Source: a virus
IMG/VR virus record: IMGVR_UViG_3300037470_000672
Coordinates: 32,001 to 96,000 of that record
Length of the DNA stretch: 64,000 bases
Reading direction: 5' to 3' (one strand)
The position numbers were made by a program, and so were the translations under genes. The notes below the pieces were generated by a model that was not told where the DNA came from, searched no databases, and worked only from the letters and a program-made list of their open reading frames with translations. Below are positions 51,001 to 62,488 of the stretch, in pieces. The stretch's first letter is position 1. Every line of letters begins with the position of its first letter.

Positions 51001-54000
51001 CAAGCCGCCTGCAAGCGTAACACGGATGCCTCGGGGAACAGATACCGTGTAGGCCACGTTCCCGGTACCGATGCTGAAACCATTGCGCACGGACGGCGGG
51101 TCGTCTGCACCAGCGTTCCCACAACGGACGCGCCCCCACATCGCTGGGAAACTCTTCGCACGCAGCTCATTCTTCACCACATCCGTAAACGGCCCATTGG
51201 ATCCACCTGCGCCTGTTGTCGGACTTGGAACGGTGGCGTGACCGTCCGTGATGGCTAGCGTCTTCGTCGCCAGCGTGAACACAAAAGATGTGAGCAGAGT
51301 GAGCTGTGCGGAGGTCAGAGTAAAGTTGCTCAATGAGGTTGTAAACAGATCGGCTGCATCGTTTACCGAAAACTTGCTAGAGAACAAGCTAAACAAAGTG
51401 CTTGTTAGCAGCACACTAGAGTCAAGTAAAAGTGTCGCTGTGTTGGTAAACACTGCTGGGTTACTATCCCATGAACCTTCGGCCCATGGACCGGACACTG
51501 TTTTGTGTTGCAAAGTGAGTGCTACATTGGTGAGCAGCAAGCGCATGGAGCTGTCTGCGATGTCCTGCGACCACATGGAGGTCGCTTCGTCCCAGACAGC
51601 GTTGGTCGTAATCGCGAGGAGACCGAGGCTGCTGACATAAATCCTTGTAGCTCGCCCTCCGGAGGACGCGCTCTCCCACAGCAGATTGTAGGAGCTGGTG
51701 GAGAACACCGGCGCGGAGACACGAGCCGTCTGCGCATTCGCGGCTGTGTCGCCAAGCCCTGACCCGAGCAGAAGACGCCCAGCCATACGCAGTGCGGGGT
51801 CCCGGCTCTTGTCGTTGAGCAGGTCCCGCATCCGTTGGAGGTCGAGGAACGCCTCCGTCGGATCTGAGTCATCGACCGCAAGCTGAACACCATCTGAATC
51901 CTGATCGGCATCAGGGTCACGAAGGGTCAACGGGCCGGCTTGTACCTCGCGTGCCCACGCCTCCTTGAAGAGGTACGGGTTGTCCGGCCCAACCGTCTGC
52001 ACCCACACTTGTACCTGATCGACGCGGAAGACCACGCCCGCCGAACCCACCTGCACGTCGTCTACCTGAAGCTCGATGCGTCGCAGCAGGGCCGCCCCTG
52101 TTGGGGGAATGACCGTGTCGGTGAAGCGCACAAAGGCACCGGAGACTCCCTGCGGCGTGAAATCCACGGAGGTTGTCGTGAGGTCAGTGCCGTCCTTGTC
52201 TACCCAACCAAGCTCGAAACGGATGGCGCCACCTACGGTCGCGAGGGACGGCTGCTGGATGAACGCTTCCAGGCGAACAGAGGGGGCGTGGTCGACCGGG
52301 ATGTTCACGAACTGCCGAAGGAGGGCCAGGTCGACGGTAGTTGTAAGGGGTCCGGGGGCTGCCAGCTCGACCGATCGTACTCCTGCGTGGGTAGCGGCTT
52401 CGGTGATCGTCCAGGTGTAGCTGTCGGTGGCAGAGAAGAACCAGCCGTCTGCCAAGCGGCTCTCGGCTGGGGTAACGGCGCCGGTACGAGCGTTTTCGAA
52501 GCCGCTGTTGAGAATGATGGGGGCGAAGAAGATTTCTCCGGACGACTTCGCCCGCCAGGCATCGGAGCGGAAAGACGCGGAGATGTCGGTTGCTACCAGC
52601 GGGACGGCCGTGGCCGGGACGTCCACTGTTCCCAGGGCGGTCACTTCCAGGCCGGCAGCCCCGGTGAACTCATCTGTCGGCGACAGCTCGAAGGCTTGGA
52701 GACGAGAGACGGTCGTGAAGCCGACGTCGTACTCGCCAGCGAGGGCCAAGACGACGCGCTTGCCGGCGAAAGCGGTCAGGTCGACGGTGAAGTTTCCGAT
52801 GCGGCGTACGGATAGATTGACCCCAGAAGCAGTGAGCAGAGCGGCAGCGTGGTCGCTGCGTTCGGGGTCGCCCTGGACCTCTACTGTGCGGGGCGCTGCA
52901 CCGGGAGTGAGGCGAAAGCCGCGGTAAATGCCGGGAGCTTCGCTGGCGACGAACTTGCGGTTGATCTCTTGGGTGAGCAGAGCCGACTTGGTCCGGGCTT
53001 GGACCTCTGCTGCGCCGAAGGTGAGGAGCGTAGCGGGCATCAGTACCTGGCCCCTGCTTCGCCGATGGCGTCGTTGTAGTTGGCGTACTCGAAGTCGATG
53101 GCGATTTCTTCGACACGAATTGGGTTAAGTCCGGAATCCGAAAGCTCCACACACATGACCCAGTTACGCTCATCGTCCAGGATACCTGTACCCCCTGGCG
53201 GCTCGTCGAACTCGACATCAATAGCAAAGTCAAACTCATTGCTAAGAAGCACACCGTCCATGGTGAATGTAAACTCGTCGAACGCTTCCGGGTTGTTTCG
53301 CGTGCCCATAAGCACTCTGTACGTATCGTTTGTCGCCGGACTAACCTCCTGTAGAAAACGACCTCGAAACCGCACCGCTGTTGGTTTACGCCCCAAATCG
53401 AGACCAAAAACACCCCATATGTTGGTGGTCCCTGTCCCCCCCTGCCAACCGGTCGCCTTGGACCACTGCTCCCGCATATCCGCAGCCGAGGGTTTACCGT
53501 CGGTTCCTCCTCCTTTCACTGGCCGAAATTCCACAGGGCGGTATCTGACCACCACCGGATCTGTGCCGTTGCTCTTTAGAAGGGAGTTGGCACGGACCGT
53601 AGTAGCCTCGACTCGGTTAACGATGGCGCGAGACAGACCGCTACCTAGGTCCAATCTTCCGTCAGATAGGCCAAAGAAGGGGCGCATCAAAGGATCAGCA
53701 TCCCCTGATATTGCAGTACCGTCTTTGGCGTACTGAAAAGCCCCTAGCCAGGATATTTGGTCAACGCTGATGTCTACCCTGAGCCCCGAGCTAAGGTTCG
53801 CGCTACCGTTACCTAACACCTCGAAGAAGTCAGTCTTGTCTAGAGTGAGGCCGTCCCCGACATCCCCGCCACCAAAGATCGACAACACCTCCGCTGCGTT
53901 GTCCAAGTACACCGCCGAGTTTCCCAGCGTCGTACCGAACAACCTGAACACGTCAGCGGTATCGTCGTACCGGAACCGCCCCGCAAACGCTGCAAACACC

Positions 54001-55961
54001 TGGGCGTTTGAATCAAAGAACACGTCTCCGGAGTTGAGGTTGGTCGTGTTGTCGAACACGTCGGCTTCGAAAAACCCGGAGGCGAAGCTCAGAAGGGTGG
54101 GCTCTACCCCAAGTAGCGTTCCCAGCGGAGATCCTAGGAAGAACTCCTCGTTGACCCCATCCCACACGAAGCTACCGAACGCTCGGATGACTTCGTCCGT
54201 CTCGTCGAACTCCACACCGGTGCCGAAGAACCGAACGTGACGAGGAGCGATGCCTCCTACAAAAAGCGTCCCAGCGTCAAAACTCAGCTCTTGGAGGGTT
54301 GCATCTAGCGTCAGCAGGCTGTCCAGGACCCTGAGCTTGTCTGCGTCCAGAAAGGAGAGCAGCTCGACATCCCAGCCTGCGTCTACCCACGGGGCGGCGG
54401 CGCTGTCCTTGTGCACCAGCCGGACCTCATCGTCGAGGAGCTGTAGGAGCTTGGAGGTCGAGCCCGCATCATCCTGGTTCCACAGCGACGTGGACGGGTT
54501 CCAGTCAGCGTTGAAGGTCAGCGTCAGGTTGCCATCCTCTTCTACGAGTAGGCGGGAGGCGGGTTTGCCGAGCAGCCCTACGCCGAGGGATTCGATCAGG
54601 GTCGTGTAGGTCGCCGTTGCTGGGTTGTCTTGGTAAGGCGCCAGGATACGGGGCCGAGCCGCCGCATCTGCGGTCCCCAGCAAGTCCGACCCCAGGTCCA
54701 GCAAGCGCCCCCGATGCCGCAACGCAGGGGTGAACGCATGCGTCTCCAGCGTGTCGTTGAGCCGATCGATGTCGAGCGCGCCCTCATCTCCGGCGGGGTC
54801 GAACTCGATCTTGACGCCGTCCTCTCCGAAAGATGAACCATCCTTGGGGCGGAGGATGAGGGGGTTGGCGTGGCGCTCGCGGGCGATAGCCGAATCGAAC
54901 GTGTACGGGTCTTGGACGCCGTCGGTCTCCAGCCACAAGGAGATGTCGTCGAAGCGGAAAACGTCCCCTGCTGGGGTCCAAGCGACGTTTTGGAGGTCAA
55001 TGGCGATGGATTGGAGCATCGCAGCATCCACCAGACCCACTCTTCGTATCTCTTCGAGGGTACGGTAGTTCGCATCCGGAGCTGACAGGTCGATGGAAAT
55101 CGTCTCGGTGGTTTTGGCCCCCGTCTTGTTGCGGAAAACCAGCTCGATGAAGGCAGAGCCGGCCGTCGGTGCCTCAAGGAGACGCAGCGCGACGCTAAGC
55201 TTGTAGTACCGGTCCGTCAGGGTGGGCGCGTTGATGTACTGTACAATCCGCGCGGTCGTGACCGTGGAGAGCACCGCTGGTGCGACCAGCTTAACAGACC
55301 GGTTTCCGGTGTTCGGGTCTGCCTCTTCCACCTCCCACAGGAAACCATCGGACGCCAAGAACTCCCAGAAGTCGGCGAGCCGGGTATCCGGAGGCGCCTG
55401 GGCGCCGTTGCGAGAGATTTCGAAGCTCGGGTTCTTGGTGAGCGGCGCCCACTGGATGGCCGCGTCGGATGTGTTCTCCCACGCCTCTGTCCGATGAAGA
55501 GGGGTGATGTCTGCTGTTGGGATGACCCCCGCGGCCGGGACCGTCACGGTGCCCAGCACGATCAGTTCATCGCTGGCTCCGGTGAACTCATCAAGCGGGC
55601 CTAGTTCAAAGACACGGATATCAGCCGTGGTGTTCGCGCCAACCTGGTACCGAACAAAGACTGTGATGACGATCGTCTTGCTGGCGAACTGCGTCAGGTT
55701 GAGCTGGAAGTCTCCGCCGATCCGACGCAGGGAGATGGCCTCGCCAGTAGCGTTCACGTGTACGAGCGCATGGTCCTGGGTAGTCGGGTCTGCCATGACC
55801 GTGACCGCGAGGTTCGAGATGCTGGGGGCTAGCCGAAAACCGCGGTAGATACCCGCCGGGGTGTTGACCGCCTTCTTCTTGTTGATGCCTTCCGTAAGCA
55901 GCGGGCGCTTGAACCGCAGCTCGAACTCAGCATCGGCAAAGGAGACGAGGGTGGTAGGCAT
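48006..55961 (-). CDS. Three paralogous tail fibre/receptor-binding proteins (48006..50774; 50785..53040; 53040..55961)
   Basis: Shared N-terminus MP....F...E...R and PAGxYRGFxL; carbohydrate-binding-like N(G/P)xF(E/Q) domain; divergent C-termini. Confidence 0.7.
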
Positions 55962-55988
55962 GGTTCAGTAGTACGTCAGAAACACAGC

Positions 55989-57210
55989 TCAGTAGATGAG
56001 GCGGATGATGTTCTCAAGTTGTACGGCTGCGCTCTTGGTCTCCTGGGGAAAGGTTGCGTAGCCGACCATGAGCTTGGTCCCTGCTGGGTAGACCGAGCCG
56101 GCCAGGGGGTGGTCTTGGAAGATGCCGACCTCCCAAAGCTCCGGGCTGTTGGCGAACCCATCGTCGTTGAACTCGCCGAAGTCCAAACGGATCGCAACCC
56201 GAAGAATCGACGGCGTCTCAAATAGCATGTCCGCGACGGTGAGCGATTTGGTGAACGTGGCGCGGGAGTCTGCGGGGTAGCGCTGCTGGACGACTGGTCG
56301 ATCTGCGTCGATGGCAGCGTCGATGTCTTGTAGGCCGGTCACTGGATTGCGCAGAGCTGGGTCGGGGATACGTCGGACCTTGCCGCTACCCGGATCGATC
56401 CAGCCCCCCTCCCCCACCTTGAACTCGTCAATGACGTTGAACGTGACCAGACCGCTCTTTTCTTGCGGCCAGAACACCCGAGCATCGTCTGTCACCACAC
56501 CGGCAATGATCGCCATGTCAGGCTCCTAGCTAGGCCGTCCGCGCCGTGATCTCTGTCTGGCCGATGCCGACCCCGAAGGATTGCCCGTTGATAACGATCT
56601 TGCCTCCCGCCATCTGGATGCGGCCGAGCATGTTGCCACCTGAGACGGCGTCGTGGACGCTAAAATAGGTGATGGCGGGCCAATCCGCTGTCGCCGGCCC
56701 GAACGTGAGGTTGGTGTCGTTGTCGATGCGCCTGCCCGCGGCGAGAGCGACGATGGCGGCGAAGGTGACTGGCTGGCGCGCGTAGCCGATGCCCGAGCCC
56801 AACTCGGTCGGCGGAAGCCGCTCTACCCAAGAGATAGCACCGTTGTTGGCATCTGGAATGACGGCCGCACCATTGATCACGTCCACCGTCAGGACGTCGA
56901 CGAACGCATCGATGTCGAAGGTCCCATTGTTACCTCCTGATGCAGCACCAGAGATTTCCAGCTCCCGTTCTACCGAGTCGGCGACCATCCCTGTGAGCCC
57001 GGTGACCCGCATCTGTCCCGCTGGCGCTCCAGCTATGATGCTCGCTGCGGCGCCGCTTTGCCCGGGAACGGGTTTGCCCACTGCCGTGAAGTCGTCCGCC
57101 TCAGGATCGGCGATGTTCAAAGCCAGCCAGAGGTTGGCGGGTGAGGCTTGGGCATTGGCAAGGAAGAAGTGCTCCAAGATCGCGTCGGCCAAAAAGGTGG
57201 AAAGTAGCAT
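55989..57210 (-). CDS. Baseplate/tail-fibre-attachment-like genes (55989..56516; 56530..57210)
   Basis: ELWEVGIF...YATFPQETK and GYARQPVTF...ITYFSVHDAVSGGNML motifs typical of tail proteins. Confidence 0.6.
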
Positions 57211-57214
57211 GGGG

Positions 57215-60200
57215 TCAGCTCACCGTTCCGTCGCCTGAGCCCTCAAACACGATCTCGTTACCCGACGGCCCGAGGCCAGTGCTGTCGGCAAACAGCTCAC
57301 CAAACGCCGATCCGGAGACGTCTGCCGTGGGATGAGGAAGAGGTACGATCTTGGCCAACTTCAACGCCACGTCCAGGGGTACAAGGTCCACAGGGATACC
57401 AAGATCGAAGAGCCCTGTCAGGAACAAATAGAAGATGTTGGACGCCGCTACCCACTCCCCCAGCTCTAGCTGGAGGTTCAGGCTGATGTCGATCTCACGG
57501 GTGAAACGGGTCGCGAGCTGTACGTGGGCTGGGGTCACCTCCTCGAAGCGCCGGAAAACGCGCTGGAAGGCGTTCTCAATGGCGACCCCTACCTCTGCCG
57601 CGATGTCCCCCTCCGTGACGTTGGCGAACGCCACGTAGCTCGGGCAGTAGTCGCAGGTGTTCTCCGGCTCGCACTCGTACTTGAGCAAGCTGTCCCAGAA
57701 GCCGGGCGCTCCCCCTACCGTCTCGGAAGCAGATCCTGTGAGCACAGCGCTTACGGTTGCTTCCCCACCTCCTGTGTCGGTGATGGTTTCACCTTCCTCG
57801 AACGGCCCAGGACCGCCCGTGACCGTGTCGATGGTCAGGACCCCGGTGTCGTCGGGGTTCTCCACGATCTCAAGGATGACCCCTGTAGCCCCGGAAGTGC
57901 CGCCGGTGACAGTGTCGCCAACCGTGAAAGAGTTGACGAGCCCTTCGTAGGCCAGGTCATAGACGCCCTCCGGGGAGGAGAGCTTGGGCGCTGCGGCGAC
58001 CTTGGTCGTGAACCGGTAGCGCAGATTTCCATCAGCGCGGGCGGCACCAATGCTCGTTCCTGTATCTGGCTGACCGTCACCATTGGTGTCGAGGATGGAC
58101 CAGATCAGGACGTCGTCATCGAACGTTCCGCGCACATCCGCGAGGATAAGGGTACCTGTAAGACCGCTCTCTTCCACAGCCGTGATGAGCGCTTGGTCGA
58201 TGATGCGGATGTCTCCGTCCACATCTGCGGTATTCGCTCCGGAGGTGAGGGTCTCACCATCGATGAAGATTCCGTCTACCTGGACCAGCTTGAGGGTTCC
58301 GGTTGCACCTACGTTGTCGTCATCGGCGATGACTGCCGTAGCGCCAGAGGTACCTCCTGTTATGGTTTGGCTAGTGATAAAACCAGGCCCCGCAAAGGAG
58401 TCGTAGTCCAGCTCCTGTGGGCCGTAAAGCGTTTGACCGGCTAGAAATACCTGCGTCTGGGCGTCGTAATCGAGCCGCCCTTCGGGGACGGTGTCGACAA
58501 AAAACTGCTGCCCGGTGCGATCGACGAAGGTCCAGCGACCAATGTCAATCACGACATTCCCCGGGCCTTCAACCTCCACCGCAAAAATGTCCGGATCGGG
58601 GAACAGGGGCTCTACCAGGACTACTTTGACACCTACCTCAGCAAGGAAATCCGCTTCCCAACAAAAGCGATCGACTCCGAAGAACTTCACCTGCCCGCCC
58701 GACAGCTCGGCGTCTGCGGACCCTGTGACGGAGCCTGTGAGCAACTCGTTGTCGAGAAAGGTTCCTCGTACATCTGCCAGGCGCAGCTCCCCTGCGGGGC
58801 CGTCTTCGGTGAAGGAAACCAGTGCGGCTGTAGCTCCTGAAGTCCCGCCAGTGACCAGCTCGCCTACCGTGAAAGACGCTGTAAGCGCATCGTAGGGGAG
58901 AAAAGTCTCGGCGACGCGCTCTTCCAGCTCCTCTACCAGGATCTCATCGAACCTTGGGATGAGCGGAGGCAGGTCTGTGTAGAGCCGCAAGACCACCCAG
59001 GAGAGGCTTCCGTTGTTAGCCTCCGGCAACGTCGCGGTATCGGAAAGAGAAAACTCGACTGTGTTGGCGTCAAGGAACCGATCAATCGTGTAGAGCTTAT
59101 CGTTCGTCCCCAAGTCTGAATCGCGGATCCTGATCTGACGCGAAATGTCCGCCGCAGTGAACACAGCCGTCAAAGAGTTGAGGCGGATTCGTCCTGCGCC
59201 GAGGGTAAGGCTGCCGTCTGCGCCCGACCGACCTTCACCTGCCTCGCCAATCTCAATAACGTTGGCGGCTGGAACGGTATCGAGAAACCCAGGCCCAATG
59301 TGCCAAAGCTGGCTGACCTCTGCCTCGAAGCCGGAAATTTTCGCGAGAACCTCGTACGCCCGGGCCTGCCCCTTGATACTGATCCATTGGCCGATGTTAC
59401 GGACCCAGCTCCGCTGACGAGCCTCACTCTCTTGACGGTCCAGCTTTATGCCGAAGTCTTGTGCGAGTAGCTCTAAAAGACTCTGAGGTCCCGCCTCTAC
59501 CTGCGACAGGTCTCCAAGAACGGTAGCCGTCCGCAGCTCCCAAAAGAGGCTTCCGGTGTTCGTCTCGGGTACGGTAAAGGTCGCATCGAGCTGAAGACGA
59601 CGGGGGCTGAGTACACCTAGTACCCTCGTTGGGCCATCGTTTACCTGCCCATCTGAGCCACGTAGGAAGACCGTCTTGCCAACGTCTCCGGCGGAAAAAG
59701 CCCCGGAGGATGCACGGAAGATGTCCGTAGCGAGTGTACCATCAGGATCTAACTCCCCATCAAAACCGCTCTGCTCGACCACCCCTCGCGGCGTTCCAGA
59801 TGCTTGAAGCACCAGTTCAGGTCGCGGGCGGATAGCCCAAACGAGAGGACCGACGTCTGGATCGGGTACAGGGTCTAGCTCCAGAATAAGGGTGCCCGAA
59901 CCGTCATCTACGACAGCCTCTACAACATACGGAGCGTTGGTCTCTGGGGTGGTTGACCCCGAGATTGTGAGCACCTTCCCTACATCGAACTGGTCTACCC
60001 GCAGCGTGGGAGAAGTGAACCGCCCAAACGTATCGATGGAGCCGTTCTTTCCTTCCTGCTCGGTGAGCACCTTGCGCTCGTCGTTCGGATCTTGAAACTG
60101 TCGACGAGCCAACACCTTGAAGAAACCCAGACCGTCGGTCAGAACCCAACCGGGTGCGATCTCGGATACGTCTCCGGCTTGCACTTCGACTGCGATCTCG

Positions 60201-60748
60201 TTCGCCGGCCGGTCGACAGCAGCGCGCAGCTCCCAACGAAGGAGGTTGTCACCTGCATCGAACACCAAAGACGGGAGGGTTACGATCTCTTGTAGTCCAA
60301 TTACTTGAGAGATGACGACGGTACGGTTGTTTGCTGATACCCGGGAATTTTTTAGTGTCAGCTCTTTGCCGATATCTCGATCTCTGAACCGCCCCCTCTT
60401 GGAGAAGAAGTTACCCGTTCCGAGTACCTGCCCTTCGAGGCCCCTCTGTTCGATCTGTCCTTGGAGGAGGATTTGCGGCCCGAGGCGAAGCGTGGTGACA
60501 TCGTCGAATGCGCTGCGTACCCGCAGAGGGTCTCGCAAGTCGCCAAAGTCTGCGATGCGCCGCTTGAACCTGTCGAAGGACGGGCGCAAGCCTTTGGTCC
60601 AGGCTTCAAGCTGCCCGTTTCCTTGGTTCGGATCTGCGTCCTGTCCTTTATGCAGCTCGGGGAGCAGGTCGAAGAGCACGTACTTCGACCACGGCCATTC
60701 TCCAAAAGGCTCGTGTCCGAACGGTCCGTAACCCCAACCGAAGCTCAT
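57215..60748 (-). CDS. Large baseplate wedge/tail protein (1177 aa)
   Basis: LELLAQDFG..QRSWVRN..WISIKG (P2 gpI-like segment); three TGGTSGAT repeats. Confidence 0.65.
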   Translation of the reverse strand: MSFGWGYGPFGHEPFGEWPWSKYVLFDLLPELHKGQDADPNQGNGQLEAWTKGLRPSFDRFKRRIADFGDLRDPLRVRSAFDDVTTLRLGPQILLQGQIEQRGLEGQVLGTGNFFSKRGRFRDRDIGKELTLKNSRVSANNRTVVISQVIGLQEIVTLPSLVFDAGDNLLRWELRAAVDRPANEIAVEVQAGDVSEIAPGWVLTDGLGFFKVLARRQFQDPNDERKVLTEQEGKNGSIDTFGRFTSPTLRVDQFDVGKVLTISGSTTPETNAPYVVEAVVDDGSGTLILELDPVPDPDVGPLVWAIRPRPELVLQASGTPRGVVEQSGFDGELDPDGTLATDIFRASSGAFSAGDVGKTVFLRGSDGQVNDGPTRVLGVLSPRRLQLDATFTVPETNTGSLFWELRTATVLGDLSQVEAGPQSLLELLAQDFGIKLDRQESEARQRSWVRNIGQWISIKGQARAYEVLAKISGFEAEVSQLWHIGPGFLDTVPAANVIEIGEAGEGRSGADGSLTLGAGRIRLNSLTAVFTAADISRQIRIRDSDLGTNDKLYTIDRFLDANTVEFSLSDTATLPEANNGSLSWVVLRLYTDLPPLIPRFDEILVEELEERVAETFLPYDALTASFTVGELVTGGTSGATAALVSFTEDGPAGELRLADVRGTFLDNELLTGSVTGSADAELSGGQVKFFGVDRFCWEADFLAEVGVKVVLVEPLFPDPDIFAVEVEGPGNVVIDIGRWTFVDRTGQQFFVDTVPEGRLDYDAQTQVFLAGQTLYGPQELDYDSFAGPGFITSQTITGGTSGATAVIADDDNVGATGTLKLVQVDGIFIDGETLTSGANTADVDGDIRIIDQALITAVEESGLTGTLILADVRGTFDDDVLIWSILDTNGDGQPDTGTSIGAARADGNLRYRFTTKVAAAPKLSSPEGVYDLAYEGLVNSFTVGDTVTGGTSGATGVILEIVENPDDTGVLTIDTVTGGPGPFEEGETITDTGGGEATVSAVLTGSASETVGGAPGFWDSLLKYECEPENTCDYCPSYVAFANVTEGDIAAEVGVAIENAFQRVFRRFEEVTPAHVQLATRFTREIDISLNLQLELGEWVAASNIFYLFLTGLFDLGIPVDLVPLDVALKLAKIVPLPHPTADVSGSAFGELFADSTGLGPSGNEIVFEGSGDGTVS

Positions 60749-60763
60749 GTACCTCCCACCAAT

Positions 60764-60779
60764 CCGCCCGTACGGGCGG
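60764..60779. repeat. 16-bp palindrome copy between a stop codon and the next RBS
   Basis: CCGCCCGTACGGGCGG. Confidence 0.9.
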
Positions 60780-60780
60780 T

Positions 60781-61602
60781 TTAGTCGATCTTGAATCCAG
60801 CCCAGGACGTCACGATGCGATCGTTGGGGGGCGTCCCTCCTGTTACTCGGTGACGCACCTCGTACAGGCGCGGGCCAGCCGGCAGGGACAGAACAGCCGA
60901 CACGGTAGAGGCGGGTGTCAGCGTCCCTGGATAGGTGTGGGTGATGACAGCCCCCGCATCGGTCAGGTTGAAGAGCTGAATTTCCCCGGTGAGCGCGCCG
61001 TCGGTCACGTTGGCTACGGTGGAAAACTGGACCGAGTCGTGTTCGGTCGCGTCCAGCTCAAAGGAGCCGATGACCTGGAAGGTGGCCTGATCTGTAGATT
61101 CATTCGTCGCAAGAGGAAGATTGTCGAAGTCCCCGGCGCCGCTGGGGTTTTCGATGACATTGGCCGGAACCCCATCGTCGAGCACGGCGCCGTTACGGAA
61201 GTAGACCTTGTCACCCTTGCGAAATGCCAGCGCGATGTGAGCGTCGCTGGACGGTACCTGGGAGGCTGCCGCGACAGGGACGTTGACGTTGTTGGTGGGT
61301 CGGCGGACAAGCTCGGCGTATAGGGTCTCCCCGTCTTCCAGATCGATAGGACTGGTAGGAGGTTGGATGCGCCAGAGGAAGCCAGAGATGGCGGCCAGCA
61401 TCTCCCAGACATCCTCCCACTCGATCGTGTTGGCGATGGCGCTGAAGGTAAACGTACCACCACCGCGCATGATGAGATGACGGTCTTCCCGGGCCGCAAA
61501 GGCGGAGTTTTCCTGGGCCGTGACGAGTTGGTTGAAGTCTCGGATCCACGGATCACGAAACTCCGAAACCAGCGGCCAACCCATGCGCGGCGTGTTCGCC
61601 AT
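60781..61602 (-). CDS. Virion structural protein
   Basis: 273-aa ORF in the tail block. Confidence 0.6.
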   Translation of the reverse strand: MANTPRMGWPLVSEFRDPWIRDFNQLVTAQENSAFAAREDRHLIMRGGGTFTFSAIANTIEWEDVWEMLAAISGFLWRIQPPTSPIDLEDGETLYAELVRRPTNNVNVPVAAASQVPSSDAHIALAFRKGDKVYFRNGAVLDDGVPANVIENPSGAGDFDNLPLATNESTDQATFQVIGSFELDATEHDSVQFSTVANVTDGALTGEIQLFNLTDAGAVITHTYPGTLTPASTVSAVLSLPAGPRLYEVRHRVTGGTPPNDRIVTSWAGFKID

Positions 61603-61630
61603 GCTTCAAACCTCCTGACGGATAAGGTCG

Positions 61631-62488
61631 TCAGTCGCCCGGTCGTGTAACGTGCAGCCCGTAGGGCCGGCCGGTCAGAACCCTCAATGCGCTGACGGTA
61701 CCAGGCCCAGCAACTCCATCTACAACCAACTTCGCATCGAACATCTCGTTCAGGTGGTGCTGCCGCAGCTTCCACGCGCTGAGGTCTTCCTCCGCATCGT
61801 AGTCCCACGGTTCGTAGCCGCCTTCAACGAGCCGCTCAAAGACAGCGTCGCCAGGGTCTCCCCGACTCCTGGTGGATGTGACATCCCGGTGCCCATAGAT
61901 GCCTACACAGTCATCACCACCGTTGCGAAGCCGTTGGATTGGACCGACGAAAGGAAAGTGCACTTGACGCTGAATCCCGAAGACCCGCGTGAGGTAGTCA
62001 CACATCAGGACAACTGATTGAAGCTGCTGGTCGAAGAGGACGCCGTCTTCTCCGTCTTGATAGATTTCGATGCCGATAGTGTTGTCGTTGACCGCTCCAG
62101 CATGGAACGTGGTCGCGGTGGCGAGGTCAGCCATGTTTGCCCACGACCCATCCAGATCACACATCAAGTGACACCCGGCGCGCCGGCCGTCTTTGCTCCA
62201 CCACTTACCGATACGCTGTGCTGCGCGGGTGTGCGGACCTTGTCCGGGTTCGATCTGTTTGACGTCTGGCTTCCCCAACGTGGTGTGGAGCACGATCGCT
62301 CGGACCCACTTGGTGCGACGGGCTCGGTAGTCCTCAACGGCCTTGAGCGCATAGCTCGGCACTTCTTTCCAGTGCCGACAAACCAGCCCGGGGATTTCCT
62401 TCTCGATACCATCGACGACTACTCCAGGCACGGAACCTCCGTTACAACCGAGGAATACAAGTAGACTTGGAGAGGGTAAGCTGAGCAC
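61631..62488 (-). CDS. N-acetylmuramoyl-L-alanine amidase (Amidase_2) with peptidoglycan-binding tail
   Basis: IVLHTT; FHAG..N..TIGIE; YGHRD; DPG; VDGVAGPGT. Confidence 0.85.
   Translation of the reverse strand: MLSLPSPSLLVFLGCNGGSVPGVVVDGIEKEIPGLVCRHWKEVPSYALKAVEDYRARRTKWVRAIVLHTTLGKPDVKQIEPGQGPHTRAAQRIGKWWSKDGRRAGCHLMCDLDGSWANMADLATATTFHAGAVNDNTIGIEIYQDGEDGVLFDQQLQSVVLMCDYLTRVFGIQRQVHFPFVGPIQRLRNGGDDCVGIYGHRDVTSTRSRGDPGDAVFERLVEGGYEPWDYDAEEDLSAWKLRQHHLNEMFDAKLVVDGVAGPGTVSALRVLTGRPYGLHVTRPGD

Noticed and set aside
48006-55961. Diversity-generating retroelement acting on the tail fibres
   Set aside because: No reverse transcriptase or template/variable repeat pair was seen in the window.
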